From contig OZ037765.1 of assembly GCA_964035545.1 (NCBI GenBank), forward strand, positions 26,411,504-26,475,503: a stretch of DNA of 64,000 bases, in the 5' to 3' direction. Below are positions 26,880 to 35,800 of this stretch, piece after piece. Every line of letters begins with the position of its first letter. Within the stretch, counting starts at the first letter, position 1. The notes beneath the pieces were generated by a model. That model saw only the letters and a program-made list of their open reading frames with translations. It had not been told where the DNA came from and made no database searches. A program made the translations under genes and the position numbers. The DNA is from Bugula neritina. Lineage: Eukaryota; Animalia; Bryozoa.

Positions 26880-29800
26880 ATGGCCAAAGTAAAGCCAAAT
26901 GACTTGCTAGCTTCAAAAGCTGGAAACTGGGTAATCATAAATTTATTATCTCTAAAACTAAACTGAATTTATATTGGGCATAACCTTTCTTCTTTCAGTG
27001 TTTATTGCATTAAACTGCACCAGATTTTTTTGCAATACTTTGAAGAGTTGATATTTTACATGTTATATTTATAGTTGTAATTTTGAACACTAAAGTTTGA
27101 CCATTTTCTTTAGCTATACTTTTATATCCACTGTTACAGTATAAGCACACCAATTGTACTGAGTACCTGAACATAGGAAACAGGAAAGATGTGACCAGCA
27201 CTGGTGCTATGTTAAATACAGTACAAGAGAGAAGGCAATCCTCACCCCCACAGCTCTTTCACCAAAAATCTTTATCTCTTTATCATCAACAAAATCCATT
27301 TTCATATCATGACAACAGAAATAACATTCAGCTGACAGGAGAATATTTGGGCAGCGTAAGTGGTTTACATGCATACATGTAGCATGATGAGTTCTTATAG
27401 TTTTTTTGTGCCTATTCAGTTCACGCAAACTTAAAATGCAACTATAGATATATATGTAGATGTCTATGTAAACTATAGCATAGACATCTGAGGTACAATA
27501 GGTACAATATTTATATATTGCTAGACAGTCTGCTGATATATGCTAATTTGGTAACCAACTTGTGTGATGACAACGTTATGTTCATTGTAAGCATTTGACT
27601 TGCATAAAAGTCAATGTTATTGTTATAGTTTTCAGATTTAGGGTTGATGTGTCACCAAGAGAGTCTATTTAACACTAGAGAAACTTCACCAGTTAAGTCG
27701 AGTAGATATCGTTATATTTAATACAAGAATACATAATAAAAATCCAATGTACAACTGTAATGATACGCACGTCTATTTAGTTTACAGCACTATCCTCAAC
27801 TGAGCTAGTAGCGCGAAGCGGCTACTATTACTTATCAAACAGCTTAGCTAATTGGCTAATACATTGTTCCGGGTCAATACGCAACCTTGCGTGTTGTGTT
27901 GCTGGTAGCTCCACGAGCCACCACACTGCCCCCTCCAGCAGAAAGCCCACTTTCTGATAAAATAAGATTCACATAAAAAAACGTATACTTCGTTGTGGGG
28001 GGTAAGAGAACAGTATAAAAGTATATACAAAAAAACAACAACTGGTAAAAAATATACAGGTATATATAACGTGCACTAAGTAATAAGCAAGAGAAGATCC
28101 TATCTACATGTAGAGTACGTGCCACCATTATGGTAGGGAATGCCACAGAGAGGTAGGGGAATGAGTAGTAGGGAGTTGTAGGTAGACTCGAGTTAACTGC
28201 GGGCCGCACGCTTCATGCGTTTAATAGACTCCTGTAAGTATTTGAGTTCACTGGATGCTGCCTGTACCCGTGGGGCCAGCCTGTACACTTCTTGCTCCAA
28301 GTCATGCGCCCTAGCTTCTACCTCACGTAGGTTACGGGCCCAGGGGGACGAGCGAGAGGAAGTTGGCTGCCTGTGTCTTTTCCGCTCTGAGGATGGAAGG
28401 GGAGGAGGGAGTGTATACGCATTGGTGTCTACTCTCTGTAGTACGACACGAGGAAAGGTATGCGGCATGCGTATAGGACTGTGAGGTGGAGAGTTAGTAG
28501 ACTGTGTAGGTTTATCTGCGGCTTTAGAGATGATGGGTCGCGGGGAAGGGAAGCCTTGCTCCAGGCGAGATAGCCGAGCTGAGTCAGTGATGAGTGGTTT
28601 GATGGCGTTGAGAAAGGCAGGATAGGATGATTCGTCTACTTCATAGACATGCCCTTGATAACACTGCATAGTACGTTGGTGCCGCAACAGGTAATCACGA
28701 TTGTAGCTATATTCTCCGCAAGGGCAGAAAGTGGTGATGTAGTGTTGCGGCAAGTGTACTTTTAGTCTGCGGTGGGTCGTGAATCGCTGCTGGCAGAGGT
28801 TGCATTCACGATTACCCTCACCTCCTTGATGGGTCCTGATCTCTCTCTCTGTGGCAGGGGTAATCCAGTTGGAGGTTGCTTCCAACTGGGGTGGCAGTTT
28901 CCTGGTGGTAGAAGTTGTTGGGGCCGGCTCTGAGTCCCACGCCATCTCTAGAGAAGGCATGCCCGGAGAGACGGGCGCGAGTGTGTCTACCAAAGTAGAA
29001 TTAGTGTTAGATCGCGGTGGATCTTTACAACCTAATTCTAGTGACTGTCGACCGTTGCTAGCCTGAGAGTCACTGCTTTTGGAATGCACTCGAGGAACTG
29101 ATGAATCATGTGTGGACTGACCAAGAACAGTGTCTAGCTCCAGGTCTAACAGACCATCGGCCATTACAGTGTCTTCATCGTCATTCACATGAAACGTGGT
29201 TCCCAGTAATTCTGATTCAATCTGCTGAATTAGTTCAGAATCTACTGGCATCGAGCCCGTTTCCATGAATAGGAATACAAGACTTATACTGGCTTACCTG
29301 GGAACTCGGTATTAATGTCCATACTCAACGTTCTTGGTAAGGTTGGAGCTGGTTGTGAGATACGTCTGCCTTTGGCGATGTCAGCATAAGAAAAGGCTGA
29401 GCATCGTTTCTGAGGCACGAGGTCGGAACTATTTGCTTTACGCGCATTAATTCCTCCCACTATTCCGCCCTCGCAAAAGTTGATATTTGCGTGGGGTTCA
29501 CAACTCCAACATTTTATCGTACGGTTTTCCCCTAGACTTTCATGTGCGCCGCTTCTAATGCAGTCACATATGAAGTCTTTCAAATACGGTGGGGGCTTCC
29601 TCGTACGCTGTCCCCTCTCTAGGGGGGGTGACACACTTGTCGGTTCGTTAGTAGGGGCCTCTAATGGCGTCTCTACTTCACCGTTAGTGGTCACCTCTTC
29701 TTGTTCTCCGGATGGAGCCCCTCCCTCCGTGGGGGTTTGCACTTCCGGAACCGGCTCGGTTTCTGGAAGTGATGGAATTAGACTTGGCGGTGGCGGACAC

Positions 29801-32800
29801 GCTTCTGTTGACAAAAGCTGCCGCTCCTCTCTCACCAAGTTTTCCTCCCGCGGTATGACCACTTCGTATTCAGGTCCATGCCGCCGTCGCCCGCGCGTCG
29901 TTGTCTGCCTCCTGGGCTCTAACAACGGGGGGCTTCTCCCACTCCGTCAGGGCTAGCCCAATACGGTTTCAAGCGAGACTCATTCTGGATAGACACCTGT
30001 CCTGAGCGCTCAATCTTGTACGTATGATTGGGCATAGCCTCGACGACCACGTAGGGGCCTACGAACTTAGGCTTCAGCTTATCAGCCTGTCCGCGGCGCC
30101 TACGGTAATTGACCATCCACACCTTATCTCCTCTTTGATAGAGGGGTGGTTCATCGGAATCTTCGTGCCGCACCTTCCACTGCTGTTGACGCAGTATCTC
30201 GTGTGCGGCCTTCATCCGTTCCACTAGTTCACTGGCATACTCATGGACTGAGTTATCCTGCTCTGGAACGTGATAGGTGAGATGGTCAGGGACACGAGTC
30301 TCTCTCCCGAGCATCAAGAGGTTTGGGGTCTCACCAGTACTGGTGTGTGGGGTGCTACGGTATGCACGCATGACTTGCGGCAACACCGTATCCCATTCCT
30401 CTTGACCTCGTCCAAGGAGGAGACTCCGGAGCGCATCACCTAGCATCCGGTTGTTGCGCTCCACCACCCCGTTACCTTGAGGGTGGTAGGGGGTGGTCCT
30501 GCTCTGATTTACTCCCCAGAGGTGGCAAAGGTCGCTCATCAGTTGAGACTGGAATTGAGCGCCTTGATCAGAGTGTATCTGTTCGGGAAGCCCAAAATAA
30601 CAGAATACATGTTGGTCTAGTGCCCTGGCCACTGTTGGGGCTGATGCATCTGGGATAGCCAGAGCATCCGCCCACCTAGTAAAGTGGTCGGTTAGTACTA
30701 GGATCCAATTATTGCCTCTGGGGGTCAGGGGCATGGGTCCGACCAGGTCTACAGCGACCACTTGCCAGGGCCTACCAGCATATAGCCTCCGCCGTCCTGC
30801 TTCACCAGGGGGGCGGCTATGCTTACTGGCCTGGCAGATCTCACACTGTTTGACTCTGAGCCGGACGTCACGCTCCATCTGCGGCCAATACCACCGGAGT
30901 CGTAATTTGGATATCACTCGCTTGACCCCTGCGTGAGCCTGCTTGTGAGTATCCCAAATCAACTCACGGCGGATGGCTGTGGGGCAGACTACCCTCTTCC
31001 TTTCCGGGTGTCTGCCGCTGGCAGCTAGAGAGATGGTTAGCAACCCATCCTGCCCGATCCGCAGCGAGTCCCAACGCTGACAGTATAGCCGGAACTCGGC
31101 GCATCCCTGTCGTATGCGTTCCTCGCTGGGTCGTCGCCCTTCCCTTTTGGCCCGGTAGATGTCTGCCACGACTCCCGGCAGCTCTTCTTGGAGCTTCTTC
31201 AGCTCTCGAACATTACCGGCCAGTACAGGGTTGGCGCGGAAGTTTTGTACATCCTCCGGGGACTCATCAACTCTTTGCCTGAGTTGACCTTGATCCCAGT
31301 CAAACGGTGCTCCGTGATGAGCCAGCGTCTCCAACTCGCATCGTGGGGGACCTCCATCCCTCCTCTCGATGTTGAGACACTGTTTACAACCTCCGTCAGG
31401 TCGGCGACTCAACCCATCTGCATTGCTGTGTCTCTTGCCCGGTCGGTGTTCGATCCGGTACGAGAATTCAGCTAGGATTTCGAGCCACCGGGCGACCTGA
31501 CTGGAGGGCTCTGCTCTCCTGCACAACCAGATCAGCGAGGCATGATCCGTACGCAGCCGGAACTTCCTGCCATATAGGTATGGTCTGAAGTGCTTCACTG
31601 ACTTGATTACTGCCAGCAGCTTCTTGCGGGTAGTGCAGTAATTTCGTTCAGCGGGAGAGAGAGACTTGCTGTAGTAGGCTACTACTACTTCTCGGCCGTC
31701 CTGCACTTGCGACAGCACAGCGCCAACATTCTGGTCACTGGCGTCTGTGTCTAGGATGTACTCCAGAGTGGGGTCTGGGTAGGCCAAGATGGGCGCCGCT
31801 AGGAGGCAGCCCTTGAGGCGGTCGAACGCTTCTTGTTCGACTGGAGTCCACTGCCACGTCACTCCCTTTGCGGTAAGCCGGTTTAGCGGCTGGGCTATGC
31901 CCGCAAAGTCTGGTATGTATTGCCTATAATACCCTACCAGCCCCAAGAAAGCCCGGAGTCCGGTCAAGTCTTGGGGGGTGACCCAGTCTTCTACTGCCCG
32001 TACCTTTTCGGGATCCGTTGCCACGCCGTTTCGACCGACAACGTGCCCCAGGTACTTGACCTCCGGCTGCAATAGAGCGCACTTGGAAGGTTTGAGCTTA
32101 AGACCGGCACCTCGGAGTCTCTCGAAAACCTCCTGCAGACGACTGACATGTGTCTCGAAGTCTGGAGAGATTACGATGACATCATCGAGGTAGACCAGCA
32201 GTGTCTTCCAATGGAGTCCGCTAAGGACTTGTTCCATCAGCCTCTGGAAGGTGGCCGGGGCGGAGGTTAACCCGAAGGGCAGCACCTTCCGCTTCCACAA
32301 ACCGTCCCGTGTGATAAACGCCGCTTTCTCCTGGGCGTCGGGACTCAGAGGAACCTGCCAATAGCCGCTTAGCAAGTCTAACGTACTGAAGTACTTGCTG
32401 CCGGCTAGGGCGTCCAATGACTCGTCAATGCGAGGTAGAGGGTAGGCGTCCTGTATGGTTACGCTATTGAGTTTGCGGTAGTCCACACAGAACCGCCAAC
32501 TGCCGTCTTTCTTCCGGACCAGTACGACTGGCGAGCTCCACGCACTATGGGCGGGCTCTATCAGTCCCCGGTCCAGAAGATCCCGTACTTGTCGGCTAAC
32601 CTCCTTCTCTTTCTCCGGCCCCAGCCTGCGCGTGGGCTGCCGGACAGGGACTGTCCCTGCAGTCAGCGGTATTTCGTGTCTGACAATTCCAGTCAGTCCC
32701 ACGTCATTCTCCCCGCTGCTGAACACATCACCGTAGTCGCGTAGTAACTTGGCCATAGCTTGGCGTTCTCTGTTACTCGCGCAGCCGCCACTGGCTGTTT

Positions 32801-35800
32801 CGTATAACTCCCGGAGATGTGTCGGGACTGCCCCTCGTCCCTGAATAGGGTGTCGAGGGGATGCCTCCGTCGCGTCACCCAGCGACGGGCCCACGTCCTC
32901 TTCCTGGACGGAATGGAACCGGCCCAGCATTGACCCAGCTGGGAGCTCAATGGGCTCGGTAAAGGGGTTGACGCACTGCACTAAGACCTCCCCTCGCTCA
33001 GTTAGTCGGTTTAGACTACTGGCGAGTTGGATCTTTTCGTGCGCGCTTTCAACGACCCCGAGCCTGGCTATCCGGTTGCTGTTCACTCGGCAGTGGATAG
33101 TAGCTCTGGAGCGTCCGGGTACGGTGCAGTTCCGAACTACCTGAACACCGCCCACCAGAGGACGCCCAAACTTATTCACACAGGCGAGTTCTCGCCCGCC
33201 CATCAGCACCACCGACTTACTAAAATCTATTCGGCACTGGTGTTGCTTCAAGAAGGGCATGCCGAGGATAGCATCTTCCTCCAGTTGACCTATGATAAAG
33301 GTCTCCTGTACAGCCTGATCTCGGACACGCCCAGGGAGCTCGATAATACCATAAAAGGGGATACATGACCCGTCTGCCAGGGTGCCATGTTCTCCAGTAT
33401 ACGGTCGTACTCTATCCCTGTCCCGGCGGGGCAGTGCCTCAAAGACTCTACGGCTGAGAAGGTTGGTAGTACAACCGGAGTCGAGCAGGAAAGTGACGGC
33501 GTTGCCGGCCACCTTTCCGGGTAGGAAATAGCTCTCTCCATGTGGTTGTACTTTCACCCCCCCGCATGTGCTGTCCTGGTTTGACAGGACGGCGGGGGTT
33601 CCACCCGTGGTTTACGGGGCTTCCGGCGGCGAGGTTGGTGTCGGCGGGGTTTGGGCCTCTCCACTGGGCCTTCTGGCTCCATTTCAGTGGCGGGCTCCTC
33701 CTCCCGAGGTAACCGGTGAAACCGGTTAGCGAGTGGCAGGGAAAAGGTACTAGGCCGTTGTGCGGGCCTACTAGTCCTGCGTGGTACCTGCCACTCGGGT
33801 AGAATGTTCCGCCGGGTCCGTACGGACAGACGACGGCGTGTTCCACCATACTCCTTTAGTTGCGGCCCGCGGGGAGGGAGAGTGTCCGCGGGCCGTGACA
33901 GTTTAACGCCCCCTGGTATTGGGGTCGTCCTTTCTGTCCCTGGTCCTGATCAGCGCTACTCCAGCCTTGCCCCACAGGTGTTGGGGGCATCCGCAAGGCC
34001 TGACCGGGGCCAGCACCGGCCAGAATGGTCACCAATTGTCCTAGCATCTCTACCATACGGTCCACTTCGGCTTCCAGCGGGAGGGCTTCGGAGCCTGTCG
34101 TAGCCCGAGCAGCGCTGACTCCAACTACTGGTGGGTTCCGTTGTGCTCGATGCATTTGGGTAGCCAACAGGTAAGCTTCTCCAGCCTTCAGGGCATCCTC
34201 TATTCTGGTTATCCCTTTAGCTCGTAGGTGATGGTCTAGGCCCAGGTCGTTTAGGGACTGGACAAAGGCGTCATAGGTGTAACGCTCTTGGTGTTGTGCT
34301 GGCAGATCGCTATATGCAATCTGCGCCAGCTTCTTCACCGTCGCGGCATGTTCTTGTAGCGAGGTCCGCGGGGTGCGGCACAATCTCTCCAGCTTGGTCC
34401 TGGCGTCTATGACGGAGGTGCCAAAACGGGCCCGCAGCGCAGCCAGTATGCCGTCTACGTCCGTTCCCACTCCGTACGGCTTGGCTTGCTCCGTCACCGC
34501 CCTCCGCAATTTGATAAGGGCCACTCTATGCGGCCATTGAGCAACTTCCATTACCTCCCTAAATTCTTGTATAAATTGTTCGACATCTTCCGACCCAGTA
34601 AAGGTGGGAGCTTTCAAGCAATGTCTATAAGCTTCTTCTCCTTCACGATTCACAGGATTAACAGCATTTCTACGCTCACCTTCTACTGGGGGTGGTTGCA
34701 TTCTAGCATTTTCAGTCTCCATCTTTGATATACACTATCCCACCGCTGCCACCACTGTTATAGTTTTCAGATTTAGGGTTGATGTGTCACCAAGAGAGTC
34801 TATTTAACACTAGAGAAACTTCACCAGTTAAGTCGAGTAGATATCGTTATATTTAATACAAGAATACATAATAAAAATCCAATGTACAACAGTAATGATA
34901 CGCACGTCTATTTAGTTTACAGCACTATCCTCAACTGAGCTAGTAGCGCGAAGCGGCTACTATTACTTATCAAACAGCTTAGCTAATTGGCTAATACATT
35001 GTTCCGGGTCAATACGCAACCTTGCGTGTTGTGTTGCTGGTAGCTCCACGAGCCACCACATTATTGTACTAGTTCCTGTAGCAAATCATGTTGCATGAGG
35101 GTTTAAACTGCAGAGAGTTGATGATAAATACAATCAACAGTTCAGCGGTAACAGCTCAGAGAAACAATACTGCTGGACAGTAATCTGCTTAATTACTTAA
35201 TCTCACAAGCTTTCAATTTCCGTGAGAAAGTGAGCTACACGCTCTTCATGGAAGTTTTGGCTGCTTCGTTTAATACATTATTGCCTATACCTATACTTAA
35301 ATTATTTCCTGCATTATTGAGCTTAGCTTATAGACAACAGTGATATTCATGTGATGTAAAATAAAATTTATAGCAATTGCTTTAATAATTAGAAGCCCTT
35401 TTCATAATTTCATTTTTATAAAATTTTTTTTTAGATCAATAGAATATTTTTACCAAAACTAAATTGTAATCCATATTCCTCTGGTGTAGGGTGGCAACAC
35501 TAGAATGCTGGGAAGGAGGTTAACAACTGATGACAGTCAGCATAAAAGTGACATCAGTGGCTTTCTGAAGCACCATGGTAATGAGGTTACAGACTCTTTC
35601 TTCCAAACAAGCTACATGCTCTCTCATACTGCAAAAACACCCCAGCCTACACAGCACAGGTTGGTGTTATGTATACAGCATCTCTATGTGCCTGGCTTAC
35701 TCATAGATACAACTTGTAAGCGAAACACATTGTATATATTTGATTTAAAATTTGATTTATTTAAACGGCTACTCGACTGCTACTGATTGGCCGTAAAAAT

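Larger units (their letters stand above)
27621..35060 (-). mobile_element. Full-length young Ty3/Gypsy LTR retrotransposon (7440 bp) with an extra zinc-finger ORF, antisense in intron 3 of the TEX36-like gene
   Basis: Two 305-bp TG...CA LTRs, a 4-bp TSD TTAT (27617-27620 and 35061-35064), PBS, PPT, gag, and pol in PR-RT-RH-IN order. Confidence 0.98.

Noticed and set aside
28193-29266. ORF3 as an envelope gene
   Set aside because: There is no signal peptide, fusion peptide or transmembrane anchor; it has zinc fingers and a coiled coil instead.
33448-33849. 133-aa ORF in frame with gag, suggesting stop-codon readthrough
   Set aside because: It does not lead into the pol frame. The -1 frame is the one homologous to element 2.
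29480-34728. Numerous plus-strand ORFs inside the Gypsy element
   Set aside because: They are antisense shadows of GC-rich gag/pol coding sequence with no recognisable motifs.
34737-34754. tRNA-Leu fragment as an RNA gene (also 57237-57254)
   Set aside because: It is only the 18-nt 3' end including CCA, adjacent to an LTR, so it is a primer-binding site.
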